Of a stretch of 64,000 nucleotides of DNA, positions 19,676 through 28,925 are shown one piece after another (the first letter of the stretch is position 1; every line of letters starts with the position of its first letter). This stretch comes from a virus. Taxonomy: Duplodnaviria; Caudoviricetes. The stretch is from positions 1 to 64,000 of IMG/VR virus record IMGVR_UViG_3300005683_000068, one strand, 5' to 3'. Position numbers and translations under genes: made by a program. Under the pieces are notes generated by a model. It was not told where the DNA came from and did no database searches. It saw only the letters and a list, made by a program, of their open reading frames with translations.

Positions 19676-19932
19676 TTCTCATCCCCTTCCGTGTGCCAAA
19701 AGTGCTGAAGACACAGAGTAGAAGCGGCTAGACCTTCCTTACACCCAATCCGCTCAAAACGCTTATGTACACGAGATAGGGCTTGGAAGTCTAACGTATC
19801 CTCGTCGGGACTATTCCCACCTACACTAACCTTGCTTTTGACCCAACCCGCTAAAGAGCCGCCGTAGTGGCTTAGCAAACCAAGACCGCCTACGCCCATC
19901 AAAGCATAAGCTAGTAGATGCTGTAAGTCCAT
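19672..19932 (-). CDS. Small membrane protein
   Basis: N-terminal TM segment (LLAYALMGVGGLGLL). Confidence 0.55.
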   Translation of the reverse strand: MDLQHLLAYALMGVGGLGLLSHYGGSLAGWVKSKVSVGGNSPDEDTLDFQALSRVHKRFERIGCKEGLAASTLCLQHFWHTEGDEK

Positions 19933-19942
19933 ATCCTATTCC

Positions 19943-20380
19943 TTATTGATTACACAACCAAAGAAGGGTATTCATCCACCAATTATTCCACCCGCTAAGA
20001 ATGCAGTAGTTGCGATTGAACTTTCCGTTATGGTGAACAGCATGATGTTTCGGATGAATAATAACTCTGGTTGCTTGAAGTAGTCTTACTACCCTTCCTG
20101 ATTTGTCGCTATGGTGAGCTAGGTAATGAGGAACCTGAGCGACGCAACCAAACAAAGACGCAGAGGTCAGAAACAGACTGCGATTCCACGCCCCTAGAAC
20201 CAGCAGAGGAATAGCTACTACCAGAGGTTGCCAATCGAATCCTTCCATCGTATTCGTCCTATGGTGCTCCTCAAACAAGTCAACCTGATGCTGTAAGTTA
20301 AACCCCTTATCCGTCATTAAGTGGTAGATACCCGTTAAAGCATCTACCACTAGGTAAGCAAATAGAATCTCTATCATCAT
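19943..20380 (-). CDS. Lipid desaturase, CarF/TMEM189 (PEDS1)-like
   Basis: DxxTGxxHxxxD, FEEHH, HYLAHH, HHAVHH, YCILSGWNN. Confidence 0.8.
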   Translation of the reverse strand: MMIEILFAYLVVDALTGIYHLMTDKGFNLQHQVDLFEEHHRTNTMEGFDWQPLVVAIPLLVLGAWNRSLFLTSASLFGCVAQVPHYLAHHSDKSGRVVRLLQATRVIIHPKHHAVHHNGKFNRNYCILSGWNNWWMNTLLWLCNQ

Positions 20381-20391
20381 CCTTCGTCCCT

Positions 20392-20721
20392 CTAGGAAGC
20401 TGCCAATCGTTCCAAGATAGCAGTTACCACGGAAATCAAAATACCGCGAAGGGCCAAAAAAGAAGCTATTGGGCCGAGAGGAAACAATACACCAAAGATA
20501 CGCACTACTTCTTCTGCTACTGCCTTACGTTCCTCAGGCGTGTCGATTAGTTCTTTTCCTTGTCCCATAATGACCTTAATCATTGCGGACAGCACGTCTG
20601 AAACCTGACCCTCCATTGGCTTACCTGCCAATGCTGCTTGCTCAGCGGCAACCTCCATTGCTGGAGCTAACGCTGCATTCAATTGTGATGCGTTCAACGG
20701 TTCCATTTTCAACTCCTTCAT
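20392..20721 (-). CDS. Hypothetical protein with hydrophobic C-terminus
   Basis: ORF in operon. Confidence 0.55.
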   Translation of the reverse strand: MKELKMEPLNASQLNAALAPAMEVAAEQAALAGKPMEGQVSDVLSAMIKVIMGQGKELIDTPEERKAVAEEVVRIFGVLFPLGPIASFLALRGILISVVTAILERLAAS

Positions 20722-20767
20722 GAATTAAACAACATTCATTTTACAGTTAGGGGCTTAACAAATTATG

Positions 20768-21109
20768 TTAAGCTCCAAAACAACCATTGCGTCTTTTTAG
20801 ACGCAAGAATCTTCTCAATCTAACTTCGGATCTCGGTGAGTCATCAATCGGAGTTCTAGCTAGAACATGGGACTGTATTTGATTTCTCACCTCCTTTATT
20901 CTTTCAGCAATAAGAGTGTCCATCTCCTTCAACTCTTTTTCTGATCTTGGTTCTACAATAGAACCTATGTTTTGTCCGTTGTTTTGTTTCCTTTCTTCAT
21001 TTAGTGCAACACGATAACTGTTAGCACATTCCACACTGCAAAATCTTCTGTTAAGATACTTATAAAATCTCTCATTGCAGTGTTCGCATCTGCGATAAGA
21101 TAATTTCAT
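20768..21109 (-). CDS. Zinc-finger protein
   Basis: CEHC...FCSVEC motif. Confidence 0.6.
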   Translation of the reverse strand: MKLSYRRCEHCNERFYKYLNRRFCSVECANSYRVALNEERKQNNGQNIGSIVEPRSEKELKEMDTLIAERIKEVRNQIQSHVLARTPIDDSPRSEVRLRRFLRLKRRNGCFGA

Positions 21110-21115
21110 TTTCCC

Positions 21116-21490
21116 TTAGTCCTCTTTACGTGGCACAATAGCTACACAATCACGTCCAGACATACACAAATAGCTCTTGCCTTTCAAAACTACTTTGAAA
21201 GGTGCTCGCATTCCCATAAAGAATACCATGTCCCCTACCTTTATTGGATTAGGAACAAATGTTCCACTATCACGATAAGCACCAGGACCAGACTTCACCA
21301 CAACACCTTTCTGAGTATCATCTACTCCTACCTTGATGTTATCTGGTAAAGCTACGCCTCCTCTCGTCTTAGTTTGAATAATAGGATCAATCAAAATGTA
21401 ATCCCACAACGGCTCAAACTCTTCATAACCAACTTCTGTCTTTCCGTTTTCCATTTCACAACTCCTCAGGTAAATAGAAATCAAACCCAA
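21116..21490 (-). CDS. groES: GroES-like co-chaperonin
   Basis: FEPLWDYILI...TRGGVALP...GVVVKSGPG...IKVGDMVFF. Confidence 0.85.
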   Translation of the reverse strand: MGLISIYLRSCEMENGKTEVGYEEFEPLWDYILIDPIIQTKTRGGVALPDNIKVGVDDTQKGVVVKSGPGAYRDSGTFVPNPIKVGDMVFFMGMRAPFKVVLKGKSYLCMSGRDCVAIVPRKED

Positions 21491-23133
21491 CCACCCATAA
21501 ACTCTTTGCCAAATGAGCGTTTGAATTGTCTCTCAGTGTTCTCATCTTCTTCATCACGAATTGTTTGTAATGGATCAAATGGCAATGTAATGCTGCCACC
21601 AGTGAAACCACCACACACAATAGCAGCATAGGATGCCATATCTATCTGATCATTGGTCTCATCCTTCAATCCCATCCAACGCAACCATTCTGATTCAAGA
21701 TCAAATCTCCATGTTCCTTCGTGCTTTGGTAAATAAACTTGTCCTGCTTCAAGCATATTAGTAAAGGGGGCGGCCCTCACCACCTTATCAACAATGCCGG
21801 ATGAGATCATTTGAATCGGCATCTTGCGTTTGAGATCATCCACTACTGCTGGACCCATAGCTTTGTTTTCAACGTGGGTCATGCTTGGCTTCCAAATATA
21901 ATGAATGTTCTCTATTGCATCTCTGATTGCTGTATAACCCACTCCCTGCAATCTAAGAACGTGTTTCGCTATTAGTGCTCTGAAATTACCAGAGATGTAA
22001 TAATCCCAAACACCAATAGCAGTGTGGCTAAGTGATTTGCCTCTGTGCTCACGTTCTATATCTTCAACACCACCAGCAGTATCCACTGTCACAAACCGCC
22101 TTGCTTCCTGCTCATTAAATGAAAGCAAAACCTCTGCTGTATGAAGAATGTTTCCGTCACCGTCATTACGTGAGATCAACAGATTTACCATTCGATCCTG
22201 CATCACATAATAACGCAACCATTCTGGCTTAATCAAACCAGTTGGCATAATTGTCCAGTCGCCATTCATCAAGCGTTCTCTGATGACTGGCGAAAGATGC
22301 ATCAGATTCCTGATATAATCATCCGGATCAACAGCAGGATTGTCTCTAATTTTGGATGGCACAAATACACGTTTAGAGCCATCGTGGGTGCATTCAGTTT
22401 CATATATATCTCCAATGTTGCCAGTCTTTAGATCATTCTCAGCTTGCTTGGAGATGAATCTTGACTTAACCCAATCATGTCCTTTACCACCAGGGTTAGT
22501 AGCTGACCTCATTCGATAAGGAGCATCAATGCTAGTCTTTTTACGAAGACGCGAGAACAGGAACAAATAATCCTCTTCAGTGAATTCTGTCAGCTCATCA
22601 AAGCCAATGAACTGATATTCAGACGAACCATAACGATACTTGTCAAATTCACTAGAGATGTACCCAAATTGAAGTGTGGCACCAGATTTGAATGACCACA
22701 TAAAATTGCTGCCATTCCATTTACATTCACCTCTAGCAGCAGCGGGAGCCAGCCATTCATGGGACCTAGGGATCAAACCACCGGCTAGGCGTAATCGCTG
22801 CAAATCTGTTCTAACAATCAACGCCGAATAGCCAGGTACATGGGCATACTGTAATGCTGCTCGCAATAGACTATCACTCTTACCCCCACCAGCAGCACCA
22901 CCAAACAACACCTCAAGATTAGGTAGTTTTAGAAAAACATCTTGTTTATGCCAATGTGGATACTTACACCACTTGCTCACAGGATCCTTCGAGTATAATT
23001 CCAACTTTCTCAGATTCCCTAACAGCTTCGGCAACTGAGATTTCTCTACCGTCGATAATAAGTTTTTCTGCTCCGAGGACTTCAGCGAGTTGAAGTATTG
23101 ATAATGTTCTAGACTGAGAATTTCCTTTGTCAT
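21481..23133 (-). CDS. terL: Terminase large subunit
   Basis: GGAAGGGKS Walker A, IGFDEL Walker B, ATNPGG, VTVDTA, NDQIDMAS nuclease motifs. Confidence 0.92.
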   Translation of the reverse strand: MTKEILSLEHYQYFNSLKSSEQKNLLSTVEKSQLPKLLGNLRKLELYSKDPVSKWCKYPHWHKQDVFLKLPNLEVLFGGAAGGGKSDSLLRAALQYAHVPGYSALIVRTDLQRLRLAGGLIPRSHEWLAPAAARGECKWNGSNFMWSFKSGATLQFGYISSEFDKYRYGSSEYQFIGFDELTEFTEEDYLFLFSRLRKKTSIDAPYRMRSATNPGGKGHDWVKSRFISKQAENDLKTGNIGDIYETECTHDGSKRVFVPSKIRDNPAVDPDDYIRNLMHLSPVIRERLMNGDWTIMPTGLIKPEWLRYYVMQDRMVNLLISRNDGDGNILHTAEVLLSFNEQEARRFVTVDTAGGVEDIEREHRGKSLSHTAIGVWDYYISGNFRALIAKHVLRLQGVGYTAIRDAIENIHYIWKPSMTHVENKAMGPAVVDDLKRKMPIQMISSGIVDKVVRAAPFTNMLEAGQVYLPKHEGTWRFDLESEWLRWMGLKDETNDQIDMASYAAIVCGGFTGGSITLPFDPLQTIRDEEDENTERQFKRSFGKEFMGGWV

Positions 23134-23590
23134 TCATCACCCCTACTTGCTGATTGATATTCACGGTGTTTTTCTCACGGGCTTCCTCTGCCCAGCGTTT
23201 CTTCCATCTAATTTTCAACTTCCATGCCGCAGCACGCCAATCAGCATCAGCAGCATCATCTACACGCTGGACATCAGCCGCTTCGCCTTCAGCTAATGCC
23301 TGGATTACTTGCTTATAGCACTGAAGGTATAGTTTCTGGTCTGAATTCTTTATGACCAATTCAGGATCGGCTTCTACTAGTTTTGATAAAGCCTTACCTT
23401 GTTTCATCCATTGACCTATGGTATTTGCATGGACTCCTAATGCTCTAGCAGCAACAGAAATCCAGCAGCCTGCTCTAAGCAGGCTGCATAGTTGATCAAG
23501 TCTCTCTGGTGTTAGAGCAGACTTTGGCCCAGGTTTAGTCCGCTTGATAGCAGACCTATCTCGTTTCACTCTTTCTTTTTCCTTGGGCAT
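22964..23590 (-). CDS. terS: Terminase small subunit
   Basis: PGPKSALTPE...HTH...DWRAAAWKLK pattern; upstream of terL, overlapping it by 170 nt. Confidence 0.75.
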   Translation of the reverse strand: MPKEKERVKRDRSAIKRTKPGPKSALTPERLDQLCSLLRAGCWISVAARALGVHANTIGQWMKQGKALSKLVEADPELVIKNSDQKLYLQCYKQVIQALAEGEAADVQRVDDAADADWRAAAWKLKIRWKKRWAEEAREKNTVNINQQVGVMNDKGNSQSRTLSILQLAEVLGAEKLIIDGREISVAEAVRESEKVGIILEGSCEQVV

Positions 23591-23617
23591 CTTTGTTCGC
23601 CTTTCAATTAGTTACTA

Positions 23618-23758
23618 CTACTTCTTCTTCTTCTTTTTAAGAATGGCTTTCTTTCCACCACCCTTTTTTGAAGCAACCTTCTTCCTGCCACCGCCACCTT
23701 TCTTACCACTAGTGTTGGCAGTACCACGAACAGGAAACGAATGTGAACCACGCATCAT
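23618..23758 (-). CDS. 46-aa Gly/Lys-rich basic peptide
   Basis: Not in the ORF track. AAGGAGG RBS; MMRGSHSFPVRGTANTSGKKGGGGRKKVASKKGGGKKAILKKKKKK; triple stop TAG TAG TAA. Confidence 0.75.
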   Translation of the reverse strand: MMRGSHSFPVRGTANTSGKKGGGGRKKVASKKGGGKKAILKKKKKK

Positions 23759-23760
23759 GA

Positions 23761-24183
23761 CTAATCCTCCTTAGGGATTAAAGGGGTTAATGCCGAATCA
23801 GATCGGCGTGCTTTCAACGTGAATTGTTCTTTAGGTAATTTGATACCTAATTTTTCAGCGAGTCCAATTCCATCCACAAAGGTATTTGTCTTATCCATAA
23901 AATCATGCCACTCTGACTCTCTAACAAACGCCCTGGCTTGATTCCCGCTGGCAAATACCATTACTACATAGTAATCACAGTCCTTAGCCGCCTTCACGGC
24001 AGCCGTTGCTTGTTTCATCATCTTGGCTATTTCAGAAACCTCTCTAGCATCATCCTTCTCTATACTCCCCGAAGTTTCTTTGCTGTGTATTGGATGGTCC
24101 TTGATTTTAGGACCTTTGAATTTTGGAGCAAGACGTAACTTAGTCTCGCGGCTGTTTAATTTTAATCTGCCCATGCTTAACAC
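23761..24183 (-). CDS. Hypothetical protein, partner of the PAPS-reductase-like gene
   Basis: C-terminal DYYVVMVFASGNQARAF...FVDGIGLAEKLG. Confidence 0.6.
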   Translation of the reverse strand: MLSMGRLKLNSRETKLRLAPKFKGPKIKDHPIHSKETSGSIEKDDAREVSEIAKMMKQATAAVKAAKDCDYYVVMVFASGNQARAFVRESEWHDFMDKTNTFVDGIGLAEKLGIKLPKEQFTLKARRSDSALTPLIPKED

Positions 24184-24850
24184 CCCATTTAGCTCTCAAC
24201 AACTCCGCACGTTGTAGCGGAAACCACTCTAGTATCTTTTTGTAGTCCTCAGGGTAATCAGTTCTAATAGGCTCAAGAAACCTATAGTCTATACCGTCGA
24301 AGCTACGACCAAACATCCTGTAATCATCTGGAACTGGAGTTTTGTTTTGTGTGAGTATATTAACCACATCCTGTTTTGTGGCTTGCCATATAGGGTAGAT
24401 TCTATTCTGTATTCTCCAGTGTTTAATTCGCATTCTTCGCAAGACACTATCCCTAACTCTGATTCCTACTGCAACAACGGTATCTTGCGGTACTCCTGCT
24501 GTTATACATACTCCTTTTGCTACGTCTGTATATTCAAAGCGAGGAAGTTCCAAGTAATTTATTACTGGTATCCTATGTAAAGGTTGTGCTGTTCCTGTCC
24601 TCAACATCTGGTAAAAATCAGGATGTACCGTAATATAAACATGCTGTTTGAAATGCTCTTCACAGTGTTTAATTGCCTTCCTAACAAATGACAATCCTGG
24701 AACTATTTCCATATAGAAAGGGATTACTTTGATCTTGTAGTGTCTCAATACCTCCCATAATGCCAATGAATCCTTACCACCAGAGAAAGATAACAATACC
24801 TGTTCCTGTTGTTTCAAGTATTCTACAATCTCTGATTCTGGAAGGTACAT
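24140..24850 (-). CDS. PAPS reductase-like adenine nucleotide alpha-hydrolase (PP-loop)
   Basis: LLSFSGGKDS PP-loop, GIRVRDS..RR, YPIWQ. Confidence 0.8.
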   Translation of the reverse strand: MYLPESEIVEYLKQQEQVLLSFSGGKDSLALWEVLRHYKIKVIPFYMEIVPGLSFVRKAIKHCEEHFKQHVYITVHPDFYQMLRTGTAQPLHRIPVINYLELPRFEYTDVAKGVCITAGVPQDTVVAVGIRVRDSVLRRMRIKHWRIQNRIYPIWQATKQDVVNILTQNKTPVPDDYRMFGRSFDGIDYRFLEPIRTDYPEDYKKILEWFPLQRAELLRAKWGVKHGQIKIKQPRD

Positions 24851-24895
24851 TATAACCTACTTGGTAAACCGCATAACTATTTTGTTCAGTAGGAG

Positions 24896-25150
24896 TTACA
24901 ACGAGTTCTCTTTCACAGAATTATCCCTATCCGCATCCATCAATCTTCTAGTGGCTCCTATGATCTCTGATGCCACAGTTCTGTGAGGATCAAGAGCAAC
25001 CAAATGCTCACCTGATGTTGTATGAATCTTCGTCACCTTAATATCTTTAATGACTGTTTCAACTAAAGTGGTAACTCGCAATGGATCAACTGAAACATAT
25101 CTATTGTTGTCTGGGTTTGGATCATAAGCAGGATAGGTAAGCAGCTTCAT
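24896..25150 (-). CDS. Hypothetical protein
   Basis: ORF with GAAGGAGG upstream. Confidence 0.6.
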   Translation of the reverse strand: MKLLTYPAYDPNPDNNRYVSVDPLRVTTLVETVIKDIKVTKIHTTSGEHLVALDPHRTVASEIIGATRRLMDADRDNSVKENSL

Positions 25151-25293
25151 ACATCCTCCTTCTTCACCTTAGCGTGCTTTGGCAATTTGGTTCCTAGTTT
25201 CTTTTTGATCAATGCTCTAGCTTCTGATTTGGTATTTGCTTGCACACGGAAGGAAGAATAAGTCCACCACGGTTGATTATTTGCTGTGCTCAT
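25147..25293 (-). CDS. Small basic hypothetical protein (48 aa)
   Basis: Not in the ORF track. MSTANNQPWWTYSSFRVQANTKSEARALIKKKLG...; ATGA overlaps with both neighbours. Confidence 0.55.
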   Translation of the reverse strand: MSTANNQPWWTYSSFRVQANTKSEARALIKKKLGTKLPKHAKVKKEDV

Positions 25294-25610
25294 TTGTTTT
25301 CGCTTATCCTAATTAAGCCCTGTTTATTGAGATCAAATAATTCACATTCCACACAAAGCAATGATTTAGTTGCCAACAGAACTGAATTGCCGCAGCATCT
25401 GCATTTGAATCCAGGAGTGGTTCTCAACAGGCATAAAGAATTTATAGTAAGGTCTTTCTTATTATTATGGCGTTGACCATGTTTAATTTGATGAACACTG
25501 GCTGGGGATCTACCTACTATTCTTGCAGTTTGGGAGATGCTATGGGTCTTAAGCAACTGCCTGATTCTAGCCACTACTTTAGCAGACTCAATGGATTCTC
25601 GTTTGGTCAT
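25290..25610 (-). CDS. HTH/Zn-ribbon DNA-binding protein
   Basis: SISQTARIVGRSPASVHQIK HTH plus CxxCG...CVEC. Confidence 0.6.
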   Translation of the reverse strand: MTKRESIESAKVVARIRQLLKTHSISQTARIVGRSPASVHQIKHGQRHNNKKDLTINSLCLLRTTPGFKCRCCGNSVLLATKSLLCVECELFDLNKQGLIRISENK

Positions 25611-25954
25611 GTTGATTGTGATTCTCCTGTTCTAGTGATCACATCAACAAAAGAGCGGTACGTGGCTTTCTTTCCACTCTTTATTGCTACCATCACAAAT
25701 TGGTAGGCAAGGGTGTAATTGATATTCCATCCAAGGTCACAACGGTATCTACCTCCAGAACCTACTGCTGTTGCTGTTCCTGAAGCTAAAGTATTTCCGC
25801 TTGAATCAAGAAGTGTCCAGGTTACATCAGCATCATTTATCCACTTAGGATCACCGTTAGTTTCTTTAGGATCGGTTTCATCCAAGAATCCTTCTAGATA
25901 AACGCTATTGTCGCTGGCTTCTCCCAAATTGATACGCTTACTCATTTCTGACAA
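25607..25954 (-). CDS. Ig-like hypothetical virion protein
   Basis: Beta-strand pattern (VTWTLLDSSGNTLASG...GRYRC). Confidence 0.45.
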   Translation of the reverse strand: MSEMSKRINLGEASDNSVYLEGFLDETDPKETNGDPKWINDADVTWTLLDSSGNTLASGTATAVGSGGRYRCDLGWNINYTLAYQFVMVAIKSGKKATYRSFVDVITRTGESQST

Positions 25955-28010
25955 CTCCTTGATACCTAAAACTGCTTCTTAGACTGCCTTTTAATTCCCT
26001 AGCAAATGTATTGCCAGCAGGAAGTAAAGTAGCTGCTTTAGGAGTGAGCACAAGAGGCAGTGAAGAAGCTGTAATCTTACGTCTCAACAAAAAGGAATGA
26101 CTCTGTGCTACAAGTGTAACAGTTGCACCCGCAAAACTCAGTTTACGCCCAGTACGTAAACCCGCTGTAAACGCATTAGCAAGCGTTTGGCCGGGGTTTG
26201 CTGTCAAAACCCGCCGCCAAGTCAGGGTCCTATCATTTGCTGTAATAGAAAGCGTGAGGGGGCTTGCTGTCAATGGAGTATGAACACGAATCAAAGAAGT
26301 GCTTGGAGATGTTAATGTCAACGTAAGAGCACTAGCACCAATCTTACGTGCTGGACGAATAGTGTGATTGCCTCCGGTAAGCACCAGAGTTGCTTTTGAA
26401 GCTAAGATGCCTTTACCATGCTTTAGAGTTAAGACACCTCCACTCAATCCTAATGCACCTGCTATAGCATTTAATTTTCCCTGCTTTGTAATCAAGGCAT
26501 ATTTTGCTTCAAGAACAAAATCCTTCTTATCAGCAGTTAATCTATATCCATATCTCAAAGGCACATCTAGTGCAGTCAACGTAATAACAGGCTCAACTGC
26601 CTCAATGTATTTACCATGTGCTAGGATATTATTTGTACCTAACACAGTAAGAGCAGCAGGCGACGCTGCAATGCGATAGCCCTTCAAAAGATTAGCGTTC
26701 TTACCAAGAATACTAATCTCATAAGGAGGTTGCCCAATCCTTATTACTCTATTCCATTTCAGAGTAGCAGCAATTCCAGCCAAAACAAGAGATGCTTCAT
26801 CAACAACAAGAGGCTTTGTTCTTGTAAAAGTACGATCAGAAGCAACAAGAACAAGAGTAGATTTGGTAACAGGAAACTTGTATCCTCTCAAAATACCTGT
26901 ATCTAATCCTGATAGCACCATTGATGCTGGCCCAGCAATTAGATTATTTAGGTTGTATTTGAGATTTGCAACTGTGCCATTCAAAACAAGACTAGCTGGA
27001 GAAGCTACTAACTTCAATCCACGTCTTAATGTAACCTCTCCGGCTAATACAAGAGATGCCGGCGATGCTGTAATGTGCTTTCCATACACAAAAGAAGCTG
27101 AACCACCAGCTATTGTCAAACCACCAGCACTTGTGGCCATTCCTTTACCACGAACTAATCCATGCTGTTCTGCTGTTAATAGCAAAGCTGTTGCATCAAC
27201 TGGTAATTTCCATTTATGCAAAATGGAATGGCTCTGAGCAGACAGAGCAAGAGCAGCTTTATCAACCTGGAGTGTTGCTTTGGTTTTTATTCCAGTAAGA
27301 GTAAGACTAGCTGGGGAAGCTGCTAATTTTCGTCCATACAACAAACCAGCGGCCTGGCCACTAAGAACTAAGGAGGCTGCTGATGCTGTAAGATATCCTC
27401 CAGGAGAATCTCGTAGATTTACACCAGTAATTGCCCAAGCTGTATTAGCATCATTAGTCCATTTGAAGTTGGAAGCACTTGAGGATGTTACATGGTCATG
27501 AGAAGCCACTCCTAATGAACCAGATGCAGTCCCTACATTTATCCTTTCTACTGGGTTCAGCCCTACATCTACCGCACTAATTGATGAATCATAAGCATTA
27601 ACTCCAACTACAGGTAGTCCTAAAACAAAACCAAAGGTTGTTATATCACCAGATGTACCAGTATTGGAGCCAATAGCACTATTGTAAGGACTTGACTGAT
27701 GAACGCTATTAAAAGACAAGGCCCCTGCTATTGAATCTTGTGCTGCCGCTAATGTAACAACAACATTGTGGGTCCCAGTATCAGGATTAGATAACCCCCA
27801 AACCTCAAGAGCACCGCTTCCATAATCAGCACTTTGCTGGAACGTTAAAGAAACTCCGTTATAAGTAATGGAAGAAACAGTGCTGCCCCCAAACCTACTA
27901 ACAAATACCAACAAGTGGCGGTTGCTGCCACTACAAGTATGACTGAAAGAATAAGAACTTCCAGTTTGTAATCCTGAATTAGAAACCGCATCCAATGTAG
28001 GCACAGACAT
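25938..28010 (-). CDS. Repeat-rich virion/fibre-like protein (~22-aa repeats)
   Basis: N-terminal beta domain, then about 20 repeats of xAxPASLVLxG...Lxx(G)xxL. Confidence 0.6.
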   Translation of the reverse strand: MSVPTLDAVSNSGLQTGSSYSFSHTCSGSNRHLLVFVSRFGGSTVSSITYNGVSLTFQQSADYGSGALEVWGLSNPDTGTHNVVVTLAAAQDSIAGALSFNSVHQSSPYNSAIGSNTGTSGDITTFGFVLGLPVVGVNAYDSSISAVDVGLNPVERINVGTASGSLGVASHDHVTSSSASNFKWTNDANTAWAITGVNLRDSPGGYLTASAASLVLSGQAAGLLYGRKLAASPASLTLTGIKTKATLQVDKAALALSAQSHSILHKWKLPVDATALLLTAEQHGLVRGKGMATSAGGLTIAGGSASFVYGKHITASPASLVLAGEVTLRRGLKLVASPASLVLNGTVANLKYNLNNLIAGPASMVLSGLDTGILRGYKFPVTKSTLVLVASDRTFTRTKPLVVDEASLVLAGIAATLKWNRVIRIGQPPYEISILGKNANLLKGYRIAASPAALTVLGTNNILAHGKYIEAVEPVITLTALDVPLRYGYRLTADKKDFVLEAKYALITKQGKLNAIAGALGLSGGVLTLKHGKGILASKATLVLTGGNHTIRPARKIGASALTLTLTSPSTSLIRVHTPLTASPLTLSITANDRTLTWRRVLTANPGQTLANAFTAGLRTGRKLSFAGATVTLVAQSHSFLLRRKITASSLPLVLTPKAATLLPAGNTFARELKGSLRSSFRYQGVVRNE

Positions 28011-28018
28011 AAATCATC

Positions 28019-28345
28019 CTAACAAGGGTTTGTGCCCACTTCAGCAGGATCAAGTCTGGCCATCATGTGCCGAAGTCCTTGAGGATCAATATGCATTGCC
28101 AGCAAATCTGCTTGGGCATAGACACCTGCTGGTAGTCCTACTTCGGGGACAACACTACAACCTAACTTACTAGATGGAAAACGATATTTCTCTCTATGAG
28201 CAATATGCACTTCCCCTGCCTCATTCTTTACAATGGTATTACTACGATCAGTAGTAATCCACTCAATAATCAGCAAAACAGAACCCCCATCCTCAATGAT
28301 AGGGGTTATTTTAGGACGAAGAAAGAACTCAGGGTTCTCGTTCAC
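28019..28345 (-). CDS. Hypothetical protein
   Basis: ORF in operon. Confidence 0.55.
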   Translation of the reverse strand: MNENPEFFLRPKITPIIEDGGSVLLIIEWITTDRSNTIVKNEAGEVHIAHREKYRFPSSKLGCSVVPEVGLPAGVYAQADLLAMHIDPQGLRHMMARLDPAEVGTNPC

Positions 28346-28375
28346 TGCTCAACTCCTCTTTGCAATTCACAAGAA

Positions 28376-28900
28376 CTAAGTTAGTGTCAAAACACCACCA
28401 CTATTATCAATGGTAAATGTTTCATTCACTGCCAAGACAACACCCGATCCATAATCCCAGTACATCAACAATGGATCATTGGCAGCGGTATCGTTGTAGA
28501 GAACAACGTACCGAAATGTGGCCATAGAACCACCCGTTGCTGTAAAGATTGTCACAGCAGACATGGTCATAGTGCCAGTGCCGGCAGTCTGACTATATGC
28601 CTGGGTGCCATCATTCTTACCACCAGCAGTATATCCATTCGCTGCGGTAATCTGAGTAATATCGGCAAGAGTTGCACCAGTAGAGGCTACTGGTGCAGTA
28701 TTTGTCAAAGCATACTTGAACGTGTTGCCATTCAAGTTATGAACTGCACGGCCTAGGTCTTGCTTAAAAGCATGAAAAACAACGGCAGATGCCAAGGTTG
28801 ATCTCCTTACAAATTTTGCAGCAACTCCACTTAACTTTATTAAAGCTGTCTGAGAACATTTACTCAATTCGCCTTGGCCCACAGGCAGCTTACGCCGCAA
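28376..28900 (-). CDS. Conserved phage virion structural protein
   Basis: FKYALTNTAP...GYTAGG...FRYVVLYNDT...YWDYG...ETFTI pattern; the true start is probably internal. Confidence 0.55.
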   Translation of the reverse strand: MRRKLPVGQGELSKCSQTALIKLSGVAAKFVRRSTLASAVVFHAFKQDLGRAVHNLNGNTFKYALTNTAPVASTGATLADITQITAANGYTAGGKNDGTQAYSQTAGTGTMTMSAVTIFTATGGSMATFRYVVLYNDTAANDPLLMYWDYGSGVVLAVNETFTIDNSGGVLTLT

Positions 28901-28925
28901 ATTTTATTAAATCTGCCTTAACGTG

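Noticed and set aside
22964-23133. 170-nt terS/terL overlap as a recoding event
   Set aside because: Both frames have plausible starts and stops, and no slippery site was seen; the overlap alone is unremarkable.
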